A stretch of 64,000 bases of DNA from Candidatus Latescibacterota bacterium (GTDB taxonomy: Bacteria > Latescibacterota > UBA2968 > GCA-2709665). Made by a program: the position numbers and the translations under genes. Location of the stretch: assembly GCA_965208835.1 (NCBI GenBank), contig OZ242358.1:1632001-1696000 (forward strand), read 5' to 3'. Below, piece after piece: positions 28,940-38,243 of the stretch; the first letter of the stretch is position 1, and every line of letters begins with the position of its first letter. The notes under the pieces were generated by a model. It was not told the origin of the DNA. It did not search any database and saw only the letters and a list, made by a program, of their open reading frames with translations.

Positions 28940-30165
28940 CGAGTGGCCTCTTTCTCGTATGTTTTCGGTTCCGCCCAGCGCACGACCGCCCGAGCGAGAA
29001 TCTTTGCGCCGATGCCCAGCGCGCGTTCGTCGACGTCGAAATCGGGTGTATGCAGGCCCGTCGTCGTTGTCCCGGGACCCGAGCATCCGAGACGAAACAG
29101 ACTGCCTGGAACGCGGTTTAGATAATGGGCGAAATCATCGCCCCCCATGCTGGGATGACCAATATGGTGGACCCTGTCGGCCCCCAGCAGATCGACCGCG
29201 CACTGACGGATCAGATCGGTCAGGCCAGGATCGTTCAGGACCGAAGGCGGTCCTGATCTGAATGTAATTTCGATTTCCGTTCCGGAAACCCGGGCCACGC
29301 CTTCCGCGACCTCCCGCACACGTTCCATCGCCCGTCCGCGCGCGTCTTCGTCGAGGCTGCGTACGGTGCCCCTCAGCAACGCGCGATCGGGAATCGCATT
29401 GTACCGTTTTCCGGCCGCAATTGAGCCGACCGTAAGGACCACGGTATGCCGCGGGTCGAGCGACCTCGGTACCGCCACGTAAAACGCGTTGATCAACTGG
29501 GCCGCCGCGGCGATGGGATCCCTGGACTCATAGGGTCGGGCCGCATGACCGCCGCTGCCTCTGATCAGCACGTGCATCTCGTCGCAATGCGCCGTGAGAA
29601 CGCCCGATCTATGCCCGATGGTTCCTGCCGGCCTCGAGGGATCCACATGCAGCGCCAGCATTGCGCCCACGCCATCAAGCGCGCCTGCCTCGATCATCTC
29701 CAGCGCGCCCTGGTTGGTCTCTTCCGCAGGCTGAAAAATGGCCCGCCAGGATACGGGCCAGGGCAATATGCCGGATTTTCCGGCGGCGTCGAGCGCGAGT
29801 GCGGCGCCGAGCACCGCTGCCGCATGTGCATCGTGGCCGCAGGCGTGCATCACGCCATGCACAACGCTGCGGTAGTCTACGGCTTTGGCGTCCTGGATGG
29901 GCAGCGCGTCGAGGTCGGCCCTAATGGCGATTTTGGGACCGGACCCGTTTCCGGCGGATTCGGCGATCACCCCCAGGCCGGAGGGACCCGTGCGGACCCG
30001 GAAGCCGTCGGACAGCAACTGTCCTTCCAGGTACCGTGTGGTCTCCGTTTCCTCGCCGCTTACCTCGGGATGGGTATGGAGATGCCGCCTGGTCTTCACC
30101 ATCCGGTCCTGAAACGCGTCGACGGTCCTATCGAGCTGCCGGGGCCACTGATCTTTATCGGTCAT
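28936..30165 (-). CDS. M20D-family amidohydrolase
   Basis: RRHLHTHPE, RADLDALPI, MHACGHD, FQPAEE, GGHAARP; stop overlaps ligase start (ATGA). Confidence 0.92.
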   Translation of the reverse strand: MTDKDQWPRQLDRTVDAFQDRMVKTRRHLHTHPEVSGEETETTRYLEGQLLSDGFRVRTGPSGLGVIAESAGNGSGPKIAIRADLDALPIQDAKAVDYRSVVHGVMHACGHDAHAAAVLGAALALDAAGKSGILPWPVSWRAIFQPAEETNQGALEMIEAGALDGVGAMLALHVDPSRPAGTIGHRSGVLTAHCDEMHVLIRGSGGHAARPYESRDPIAAAAQLINAFYVAVPRSLDPRHTVVLTVGSIAAGKRYNAIPDRALLRGTVRSLDEDARGRAMERVREVAEGVARVSGTEIEITFRSGPPSVLNDPGLTDLIRQCAVDLLGADRVHHIGHPSMGGDDFAHYLNRVPGSLFRLGCSGPGTTTTGLHTPDFDVDERALGIGAKILARAVVRWAEPKTYEKEATR

Positions 30166-30311
30166 ACATGAATTGCTCGTCTGGGAATTGCGCGCGGGCC
30201 ACAGATTGAACCAGTGCGACCTGGGCACCTGGGACGGTGATCCGTTCGCGCGCCTTGACTTCGGGCACGATGGCTCGGCCTCGCCCGCAGGGCGACTCTA
30301 ACTTCGGAATA

Positions 30312-32252
30312 TCAACCCGCGACCTCTTTGGCGATGGCGATGCATTGTGCTGCAAACGTGTCGTAGGCCGCACGGAACTCGGCGCTGGTTTTCTGCACGG
30401 AGCCGAAATCAGGCCAGTCGCCGGGTTCCAGTCCCCGTGTCTGCCAGCCGGCGACGTCGATGTCCACCACGTTCTGGAGAAAGCCTTTGAGAGAGGGCGT
30501 CAGGTCGTAGCCGCGACAGAAATCCGGCAGTTCACGCAGGCGCTGGTCCACGCCGGGTTCGTAGGTGTCCAGCACCGCGTCCCTGAAGTCTTCGAGATTG
30601 AACCCCTCCGCTTCGGAAGCGACCTGAACGGCTCTCGCGTGGTTCGGAAACTCGGTGTTGCACATGTTGGACGCGCCCAGCGTGTGGAACGAGTCGTCGG
30701 GAATGCGCTTGGAGGCCGGAAGTACGTCCATGGAATCCACGATCCACAGCGCCTGATCGTGCGTAACGCCGTACGTCTTTTTCAGATGTTCGACCCATTT
30801 CGGCCGGTTTTCCGGACTGAAGAAGATCCGGTAAACGCGGCGGGCAACCAGCGTGCCCGCTTTTTTCAGGTCGTCTTCCAGAAGCCGGATGGCGTCAGCG
30901 GACTGGCCCGCGGCTTCGGCAGCCTCCAGGACGATGGGGTGGTCGAGGGTTTTAAGGTGCGCGTACGCGCAGACCTCCCGGGCCGTGTCGGCCAGAGATC
31001 CACCGGCCGAGTCTTCAGCACCCAGGTCGGCGGCCAGGGCGCCAATGAGCTCGCTCGCCTTGCCTTCGCCGGCCCTTGCCGCAGCGGCGAGGAAGATCTT
31101 CTCGGCTTCGACTTCCCGCAAGTGACTCACGAACCGGCCGCCCATGTTGGTTTCGTAGGTACGCACGACCTGTTCGCCCGCGGCGGCGGCACGGGCTTTC
31201 CCCTCGAACGCGTCAAGTATCAGCTGGACTTCCTGGGCCACGGTATAGACCACGGTGTTATTGGAGCCGATCGCATTGCCGTTGAGCGTCGTCGTGATTT
31301 TACGCGCGGCCTCGTGGCTTGCGGCGACTTTGAAGACAATGTTCGGGTTGATACGACCGGAACGGTCCCCCAGACCCAGCAGGCGGTCGTATCGTTCAAG
31401 AAAGTCGGAGGCCAGCCCGTAGGCATTTCGCGCATCTTCAATGCTCTCATCGGCCTGGTCCGCGATGTTGGGATTGAGTTGGAAGCTGACCATATAGTCC
31501 CTGAGCTCCGTATGCACCGCAAGCGGGCGGAAGATGGACAGATTGGGCCAGAGGGCGATGAGGGTGGCGGCCATGGCGATTTCATCGGCGTGCGCCTCGG
31601 GGTCCTGCTTCCAATCGTCGTGCTTGTCGATTTCAACCTTGAGTTGCTCGGCGAGTGAACCGTCTTCGTCGAAGGCCTTGGCCGCCAGCACGGGGTTGGT
31701 GGACACCTGGCAGAATCCGTAGTGGCGCAGGTATTCCAGGCCGCGCGCAAAGTCGTTGCCGAATTTGCAGTAGTCCTCGCCAATCATCCTCCAGTAGACA
31801 CCGCCGCGCATCTGGCTCTTGAGCAGCGTCAGAAACGAACGGCCAGGGCTTGCGTTATTCAGGTCCGCTTCGATGCGTTCCGCCAGAAGGCCCGAGAGGC
31901 TGTCACTCAGGTTGACTGACTTCATGTCGTCCAGGAATTCAGCCACCACGTCCGCCATAATGGCGCCTTCAAGATCATCGATGGCGGCCAGGACCTGTTC
32001 GAGCGCACGGTCGGATTCGTCGGCGCCATATCCCACGATTTCGGCATCCCGACCGACGAAGTTCATGCCGAGCCGAATCAGAGTTCGGCACACCTCGGCG
32101 GCAGGGCAGTCGTCGTTCTGCACAGCCGAAAGGAGTTCCTCCACACGCTGGGCGAGCGCGCCGGGTTGCGGATCGATGAGTACCTGGTCCGCCGCGGCGA
32201 GCGTCTGTCCGTTCTGGATCGCTTCCACGACAGCGGAGTTGTCGATTGCCAT
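30312..32252 (-). CDS. Large transaldolase-family protein (~646 aa)
   Basis: STNP, VSFQLNP, NIVFKVA (Schiff-base Lys position), NNTVVYTVAQ, MGGR; long N-terminal extension. Confidence 0.72.
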   Translation of the reverse strand: MAIDNSAVVEAIQNGQTLAAADQVLIDPQPGALAQRVEELLSAVQNDDCPAAEVCRTLIRLGMNFVGRDAEIVGYGADESDRALEQVLAAIDDLEGAIMADVVAEFLDDMKSVNLSDSLSGLLAERIEADLNNASPGRSFLTLLKSQMRGGVYWRMIGEDYCKFGNDFARGLEYLRHYGFCQVSTNPVLAAKAFDEDGSLAEQLKVEIDKHDDWKQDPEAHADEIAMAATLIALWPNLSIFRPLAVHTELRDYMVSFQLNPNIADQADESIEDARNAYGLASDFLERYDRLLGLGDRSGRINPNIVFKVAASHEAARKITTTLNGNAIGSNNTVVYTVAQEVQLILDAFEGKARAAAAGEQVVRTYETNMGGRFVSHLREVEAEKIFLAAAARAGEGKASELIGALAADLGAEDSAGGSLADTAREVCAYAHLKTLDHPIVLEAAEAAGQSADAIRLLEDDLKKAGTLVARRVYRIFFSPENRPKWVEHLKKTYGVTHDQALWIVDSMDVLPASKRIPDDSFHTLGASNMCNTEFPNHARAVQVASEAEGFNLEDFRDAVLDTYEPGVDQRLRELPDFCRGYDLTPSLKGFLQNVVDIDVAGWQTRGLEPGDWPDFGSVQKTSAEFRAAYDTFAAQCIAIAKEVAG

Positions 32253-32352
32253 TCTGGGACCTCCCTTCACATCGTATCGGACTTGAATCGCCGCTGTTCA
32301 CCGCCCGCCGGCAGACGCACCGGCGAACTCTGTTCCGCGGTCCTCCGGGTAA

Positions 32353-32514
32353 GAAGCTGTTTTAAAATTACCGGTGAGTTCCCGAGCGCGCGCGAAAAAG
32401 TGTCGGTCAAGGCGGGAAAATCCGCCCATATTTGTCTATACGGGTGGGTTTGACCAACGCCGACCGGCGCTTTTGCAGCCGCGCGAAGACCGCTGGGAAT
32501 TTTAAAACAGCTTC
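32353..32514. mobile_element. MITE family C, copy 1 (162 bp)
   Basis: Perfect 17-bp TIR gaagctgttttaaaatt / aattttaaaacagcttc; homologs at 36753 and 40842. Confidence 0.9.
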
Positions 32515-32520
32515 AAAGAG

Positions 32521-33327
32521 TCATTCGATGCCCAGCACGTCTCTCATGCTGAACATCCCCGGGGGCGAGTTCACGACGTAGCGGATCGCCTGAATAACGC
32601 CCACGGCGTAGGAATCCCGGCTCTGCGCACGGTGCACAAGCTGGAAGACTTCGCCGGTGCCGCCGAAGATGACGGTATGCTCCCCGGCCAGGTCTCCGGC
32701 GCGTATTGCATGGATGCCGATTTCATCCCCCGTCCGCGCGCCGACTTCTCCGTGGCGCCCGTAAAGGGCCACGTCGCCGAGGTTGCGGCCCAGACCCGTT
32801 GCCGCGGCGTTCGCCAGCGCGAGGGCGGTGCCGCTGGGGGCGTCGGTCTTGAAATGGTGATGGGCCTCGACGATCTCCACGTCGTACCCGCTGCCCATCA
32901 TACGTGCGGCTTCTTCGACCAGTCTGGTCAGAACCGTCACGCCGATGCTGAAGCTGGGGGCAAAGACGCAGGCGACGTCCTCAAGGGCGGATTCGAATTC
33001 GGCAAGCTGCTGCGTCGACATCCCTGTGGTTCCCACCACCATGGGCTTGCCCGCGTTCCCTGCGATCCGCGCGGCGTCCAGCGTCCCGTCGGGGGGCGCA
33101 GTGAAGGCGACGACCACGTCCGCGCTTTCGATGACGGATTCCAGGCTGTCGACAACAGGGTGACCGGTGGCCCCGGTGCCCAGGACCTCGCCGATGTCCC
33201 GCCCTACGGCCGGGTTGCCCGGCGCTTCCACGCCGCCGGCGATGTTCAGTTCTCCGGTTTCCATGCTCAGGTGGGCGATTCGTCCGCATATGCGTCCCGC
33301 GATGCCGCAGATAGCCAGGTTTGTCAT
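32521..33327 (-). CDS. dapB: 4-hydroxy-tetrahydrodipicolinate reductase
   Basis: GTTG, EAHHHFKTDAPSGTA, IRAGDLAGEH. Confidence 0.95.
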   Translation of the reverse strand: MTNLAICGIAGRICGRIAHLSMETGELNIAGGVEAPGNPAVGRDIGEVLGTGATGHPVVDSLESVIESADVVVAFTAPPDGTLDAARIAGNAGKPMVVGTTGMSTQQLAEFESALEDVACVFAPSFSIGVTVLTRLVEEAARMMGSGYDVEIVEAHHHFKTDAPSGTALALANAAATGLGRNLGDVALYGRHGEVGARTGDEIGIHAIRAGDLAGEHTVIFGGTGEVFQLVHRAQSRDSYAVGVIQAIRYVVNSPPGMFSMRDVLGIE

Positions 33328-33362
33328 GTGGATTCTCCGCCGGTGTTCCGTCGTGCGGTTCC

Positions 33363-35156
33363 CTATTTGCTCAGCCGCTCCTCGAGGGCGTTGAGTTCGG
33401 TCAGCAGTTCCGCCGGCAGGCGATTTCCAAATCCCGCGTAGAAGTCGCGGATATCGGGCAGTTCGGCGCGCCAGGCGTCCGGGTCCACGGAAAGCAGCGC
33501 TTCAACGTCGGTCTCCGGGATGTCCAGTCCGTCGAGATCAAGGGCTTCGGGCGTGGGCACATAGCCGATCGGCGTTTCAATCGCGTCGGCGGTGCCGTCT
33601 ATCCGCTCGCAGATCCACTTGAGTACGCGGCTGTTCTCGCCGAATCCCGGCCAGAGCCAGTTCCCTTCGGCGTCTTTGCGGAACCAGTTCACGTAGAAGA
33701 TTCTAGGCGCGTTGCCGTCCAGCATGGCGCCGATCTTGAACCAGTGTCTGAAATAGTCTCCCATATTATAGCCGCAGAAGGGAAGCATCGCAAAGGGATC
33801 TCTCCGCAGCTTGCCCACCGCGCCTGCGGCGGCGGCCGTGGTTTCGGACGCCATGATGGAGCCCAGGAAAACGCCGTGCGTCCAGTTCAATGCTTCGAAT
33901 ACCAGAGGTACGACCGTGGAGCGGCGACCGCCGAAAATGAACGCGGACATGGGCACCCCGTCCGGGTTTTCCCATTCAGGATCGATGACGGGGCACTGTG
34001 CGGCGGGGGCGGTGTACCTAGCGTTGGGATTCGAGGCGTTGTCATCCGACGCGGGTGTCCACGTTCGCCCGAGCCAGTCTTCCAGCCGGGCCGGCGGGTC
34101 GTCTGTCATCTCTTCCCACCACACGTCGCCTTCCGGGGTCAGCGCGGTGTTCGTGAACAGGGAGTTCTCTTCAAGGGCGGCCATGGCGTGACCGTTGGAC
34201 TTAAGGCTGGTGCCGGGAGCGACGCCGAAGAATCCGGCCTCCGGGTTGATCGCGCGGAGTGCGCCATCGGGACCCTGGCGCATCCATGCGATATCGTCGC
34301 CGACGCAATTGGCTTTCCAGCCCGGGACCGTGGGCTGCAGCATGGCCAGGTTCGTTTTGCCGCACGCGGAGGGAAAGGCGGCGCCGATGTAATGTTTCCG
34401 GTTCTCGGGCGACGTGAGACCCAGGATGAGCATATGTTCGGCCATCCATCCTTCGTCGCGCGCCATTGTCGAGGCAATGCGAAGCGCGAAACACTTTTTA
34501 CCGAGCAGCGCATTGCCGCCGTAGCCCGAGCCGTAGGACCAGATGGAAGGCTCGTCAGGAAAGTGAACGATGTATTTCTGATCTGCGTCACAGGGCCATG
34601 AGACGTCTTTCTCTCCCGGCTCCAGCGGTGCGCCCACCGAATGCAGGCAGGGAAGGAATTCGCCGTCCCCCAGGGCGTTCAGCACGGCGTCGCCCGTTCG
34701 GGTCATAATATGCATGCTGCACACGACATATGGCGAGTCCGAGATCTCCACGCCGATCTTGGATGTCGGCGAACCGACGGGGCCCATGGAAAACGGGATG
34801 ACGTACATCGTTCTTCCGCGCATGGATCCGGAAAACAGACCCTTCAAAGTGCGTTTCATCTCGACCGGCTCCCGCCAGTTGTTGGTGGGGCCCACGTCCT
34901 CTTCGTCAGGTGTACAGATGTAGGTGCGGTCTTCCACGCGGGCGACGTCGCCCGCATCCGAGCGGGCGAGAAAGCTGTTGGGGCGAAGGTCCGGATTCAG
35001 GCGGGTGAACGTCCCTGCGCTGCACAGCAGGTCGGCAAGGCGATCGTACTCTTCACTTGAACCGTTGCACCAGTAGATGTCTTTCGGTTGGCAGAGTTTC
35101 GCTGCTTCATCGACCCATGTCAGCAGCTTGTGGTTTGTGGTACTTGCGTTTCTCAT
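33363..35156 (-). CDS. pckG: Phosphoenolpyruvate carboxykinase (GTP)
   Basis: [52 protein letters not shown]. Confidence 0.97.
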   Translation of the reverse strand: MRNASTTNHKLLTWVDEAAKLCQPKDIYWCNGSSEEYDRLADLLCSAGTFTRLNPDLRPNSFLARSDAGDVARVEDRTYICTPDEEDVGPTNNWREPVEMKRTLKGLFSGSMRGRTMYVIPFSMGPVGSPTSKIGVEISDSPYVVCSMHIMTRTGDAVLNALGDGEFLPCLHSVGAPLEPGEKDVSWPCDADQKYIVHFPDEPSIWSYGSGYGGNALLGKKCFALRIASTMARDEGWMAEHMLILGLTSPENRKHYIGAAFPSACGKTNLAMLQPTVPGWKANCVGDDIAWMRQGPDGALRAINPEAGFFGVAPGTSLKSNGHAMAALEENSLFTNTALTPEGDVWWEEMTDDPPARLEDWLGRTWTPASDDNASNPNARYTAPAAQCPVIDPEWENPDGVPMSAFIFGGRRSTVVPLVFEALNWTHGVFLGSIMASETTAAAAGAVGKLRRDPFAMLPFCGYNMGDYFRHWFKIGAMLDGNAPRIFYVNWFRKDAEGNWLWPGFGENSRVLKWICERIDGTADAIETPIGYVPTPEALDLDGLDIPETDVEALLSVDPDAWRAELPDIRDFYAGFGNRLPAELLTELNALEERLSK

Positions 35157-35232
35157 TCGACTCCTTCCAGAATTCGCTGGTTAACAGCCGGTTGAAAGAG
35201 GGCATCCGGGCTGCGGCCGATTCTTGTGGCTG

Positions 35233-36270
35233 TCAGTCTGCGTACGCCAGATCCTGGAGAACCGAGGCGTCCGCGACACGACTTGATATGTCCACGTTGA
35301 AAAATTGTTCGATGGGTGCGAACAGTTCAGGGTTGTTGTGCTGAACGGTTCGCGCGATTTCAAGCACCTGTTTCAGACCGTCCTGGTTCATTCTGCCCAG
35401 CGGCCGCCGGCACGGACCGGCCGGCATGCCAAGTATGTTCATCAGGGTCTTTATGGGCACCGGGTTACGGGCTTTGACCTGTGTCGTCCCGAAGGGCGTT
35501 TCTTCATCCGACAGGACCGTGACCATTCCGAAAAGGGGCTTGAGCGCATCCGCCAGCCGATCCGCTTCGGTCATGTCTCTCCTGAGAATCGCCTGCGTGA
35601 AACGCTGAATGGGACCGGGAACCACGTTGGACATGACGGAGATGACGCCGGATGCGCCGATGCGGGCGTCGGTCATCATGGCGTAGGTGATGTCGTCGTC
35701 ACCGGAGAGAATGTAGAAGCTGTCTCCGCAGACTTCACGCGTCCGGGCCATATTCTCCAGGTCGCCCGTTGCTTCTTTCACGGTGTTGACGTTTCCGAAG
35801 TCGCTGTGCAGGATGGCCAGGTCTTCGGGGAGCAGTTTCGTTCCCGAGCGGCCCGGAATGACATAGGAAACCATCTGAATTTCCGGGAAAGCTTCGGCGA
35901 CGGGCGCGACGTATTCACGGCGGATTTCGAGCGAACTGGGGCCGTTGTAATACGGATCAACCAGCAGCGCCGTATCTGCGCCGGCGTGTGCGGCGTGATC
36001 CGTTGCGCGAAGGGTCTCCTCGGTGGAGTTTCCACCGGTGCCGGCGATAGCCCGGCATTTCCCGCTGGCCAGCGCGCAGACTCGTTCCGTGACGCTGTTG
36101 TGCTCTCCACTGCTGAGGGTTGGACTCTCGCCGGTGGTGCCCACTGCGAGGACTCCGCTTACGCCCTGAGAAATCTGAAATTGGACGAGTCTCTCCAGCC
36201 CTGGTTCATCCACGCCCTTGTCGGCGTCTAGGGGTGTGATGAGGGCCGTGTAACATCCGCTGAATAACAT
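35233..36270 (-). CDS. dapA: 4-hydroxy-tetrahydrodipicolinate synthase
   Basis: GTTGESPTL, PYYN, YVIPGRSG, VKEATGD, ILSGDD, NPVPIK; GGAGG RBS. Confidence 0.92.
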   Translation of the reverse strand: MLFSGCYTALITPLDADKGVDEPGLERLVQFQISQGVSGVLAVGTTGESPTLSSGEHNSVTERVCALASGKCRAIAGTGGNSTEETLRATDHAAHAGADTALLVDPYYNGPSSLEIRREYVAPVAEAFPEIQMVSYVIPGRSGTKLLPEDLAILHSDFGNVNTVKEATGDLENMARTREVCGDSFYILSGDDDITYAMMTDARIGASGVISVMSNVVPGPIQRFTQAILRRDMTEADRLADALKPLFGMVTVLSDEETPFGTTQVKARNPVPIKTLMNILGMPAGPCRRPLGRMNQDGLKQVLEIARTVQHNNPELFAPIEQFFNVDISSRVADASVLQDLAYAD

Positions 36271-36326
36271 GGGGTCACCTCCAGTTATTGAAATAGTGGA
36301 AACCGGAATACCCATCAGGGTATACC

Positions 36327-36372
36327 AAAAAAAACAGCCGGTTCCCGATGGGGATGGAGGCAAGGCCGGCCG
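36327..36372 (-). terminator. Riboswitch expression-platform terminator
   Basis: Minus strand cggccgg...ccggctg stem followed by T8, between aptamer and dapA. Confidence 0.7.
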
Positions 36373-36394
36373 TGCAAGTTCCAGCATGGATGGC

Positions 36395-36571
36395 GCAAGA
36401 GAGCACTCCACGGAGCATTCCGTGACAGTCCAGCGGATCTTATCCGATTGGACCAGCCCCTTTCTGTGGCGGAACAGAATCGGGGCTTCGGCAGGTTTAC
36501 CCTTTCACCGGTGCGCTGGTTTCGCCTCGCATTCACCGGGTACTCTTGAAAACCTGCGCCTCTACCCTTGC
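36395..36571 (-). ncRNA. Lysine riboswitch (L-box)
   Basis: Minus strand gcaagggtAGAGGCGC..AGTA..GAAAGGG..GCCGAA..ctgg..ACTGTCA..TGGAGTGCTctcttgc: conserved L-box motifs in order, P1 closes, upstream of dapA. Confidence 0.92.
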
Positions 36572-36586
36572 CTTTCGGAAAGAAAC

Positions 36587-36615
36587 AAATTAGACAATGG
36601 GTGGGTCTGTGTCAA
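36587..36615 (-). promoter_or_regulatory. Sigma70 promoter for the riboswitch-dapA transcript
   Basis: Minus strand TTGACA-17-TAATTT, ending 16 bp before the aptamer. Confidence 0.75.
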
Positions 36616-36752
36616 GTGTAAAGATGGATTGCGGGGCTATATATCGGGCGCGCGCGGGTCGTGGAGTTGGCCAGGTTCGGGAATGTCGCTTTGTCGCCAT
36701 GTTTTACTTTTGTCTATACGTTCCGTATCCTATATTCCGTCGTCCGTGTCCA

Positions 36753-36914
36753 GAAGCTGTCTTAAAATTCCCGGCGGTCTTCGCACGGCTGCAAGAGCGC
36801 CGGTCGGCGTTGGTCAAACCCACCGGTATAAACAAACATCGGCGGATTTTCCCGTCTTGACTGCCACTCTTTCGCTCGCGCTCGGGAACTCACCGGTAAT
36901 TTTAAGATAACTTC
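36753..36914. mobile_element. MITE family C, copy 2 (162 bp, inverted)
   Basis: Ends gaagctgtcttaaaatt / aattttaagataacttc; interior is the reverse complement of 32353-32514. Confidence 0.88.
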
Positions 36915-36973
36915 CTGGCACTCACCCAGGTGGAAACGGGCTTCCCACACGGTATCTTCATGGAAGGTTGACT

Positions 36974-38212
36974 ATGCATTCCGTTGAACCGCAGCGGCAC
37001 ACCTTGAAGAACGGGATTGAAGTTGTTGCCGAGTCCATGCCCGGCGCCCAATCCGTTGTTGTTGCCTTCCGATTCGGCTTCGGAGCGCGGGACGATCCCG
37101 CCGATCGGCTCGGGTTGGCCTGGGTTGCGGAAGAAACGCTTCTCAAAGGAACGCCGAATCGCGACGCGCGTTCGATCTACGACGCTTTCGATTCCCTGGG
37201 CGCGCGCCGCGGCTCGGCGACGGCCGTCGAATTCACCGAGTTCCAGGCCCAGCTCCTGCCCAGGCATTTCCCGGAGGGCATGAGACTCTACGCCGAGGTA
37301 TTTCGCAGCGCATCCTTTCCGGACGAGCAGGTTGAAGTGGCGAAAACGCTGGCACTGGAAGAACTCAAACGCCTGGAAGACAACCCGACCCACCAGGTTC
37401 TGTATATGACCTACCTGGCGGGATTGGGGGATCCGATGGGGCGCAATCCTCTGGGAGAAGCCCCGAAAATAGCAGCGATCGCCCCGGAACACGTGCGCGA
37501 GTTCTGGCGGCGGTACTGCAGCCCGCAGCGACTTCTGATCTCCGTGGCCGGCGGCCTCGAGACGGACGCGATGTTCCGGGCGGCTGACGAGGCGTTCGGC
37601 GGCTGGACGAGGTCCGGGCCCCCGCCGCCGGTTCCTCAGCCGATCTCCGTGGCCGACCGGGAGGTACACCATACCAAACAGTCCGAACAGGCGCACATTT
37701 GTCTGCTCTTCAAGTCCGCGCCACGGGGTCACACGCTCTTCTACCCGACCCAGATCGCGGTTACCGTACTTTCCGGCAGCGGATCCAGCAGGCTGTTCAC
37801 GGAGGTAAGGGAGAAGCGCGGGCTGGCGTACAGCGTATCGGCCTCTTATCGCGCCCGTCGCGGCGGCGGCATGATTGCGCTTTACGCCGGCACCACGGCT
37901 GACCGCGCCGACGAGACCCTTTCCGTATGCCGGAGAGAGTTGGGGCGAGTCGCGGAGGATGTGACGCAGGCCGAACTCGACCGGGCGAAGACCGTCCTGA
38001 AGGGTCAGTTGTTCACGTCAGGCGATTTGCCTGAAGGTCGCGTGGGCAGTATGATGGACGGTTTGTTCATCGATGGGCGACCGCGTTCCATACAGCAGAT
38101 TGCGGAGGGAATAGACGGCGTGACATTGGACCGGATCCCAGCCTCCCTGGAGGCTTTCCCGCCGTCTCCTTCCACGATCGTGACTCTTGGGCCCAGGGCA
38201 TTGAAGTCATAG
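36974..38212 (+). CDS. M16B peptidase, non-catalytic subunit
   Basis: M16 fold but HxxEH replaced by WVAEE; keeps SRLFTEVREKRGLAY. Confidence 0.88.
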   Translation: MHSVEPQRHTLKNGIEVVAESMPGAQSVVVAFRFGFGARDDPADRLGLAWVAEETLLKGTPNRDARSIYDAFDSLGARRGSATAVEFTEFQAQLLPRHFPEGMRLYAEVFRSASFPDEQVEVAKTLALEELKRLEDNPTHQVLYMTYLAGLGDPMGRNPLGEAPKIAAIAPEHVREFWRRYCSPQRLLISVAGGLETDAMFRAADEAFGGWTRSGPPPPVPQPISVADREVHHTKQSEQAHICLLFKSAPRGHTLFYPTQIAVTVLSGSGSSRLFTEVREKRGLAYSVSASYRARRGGGMIALYAGTTADRADETLSVCRRELGRVAEDVTQAELDRAKTVLKGQLFTSGDLPEGRVGSMMDGLFIDGRPRSIQQIAEGIDGVTLDRIPASLEAFPPSPSTIVTLGPRALKS

Positions 38213-38243
38213 CAGGTCCGGCGAAGATTCACAGGAGATTTGA

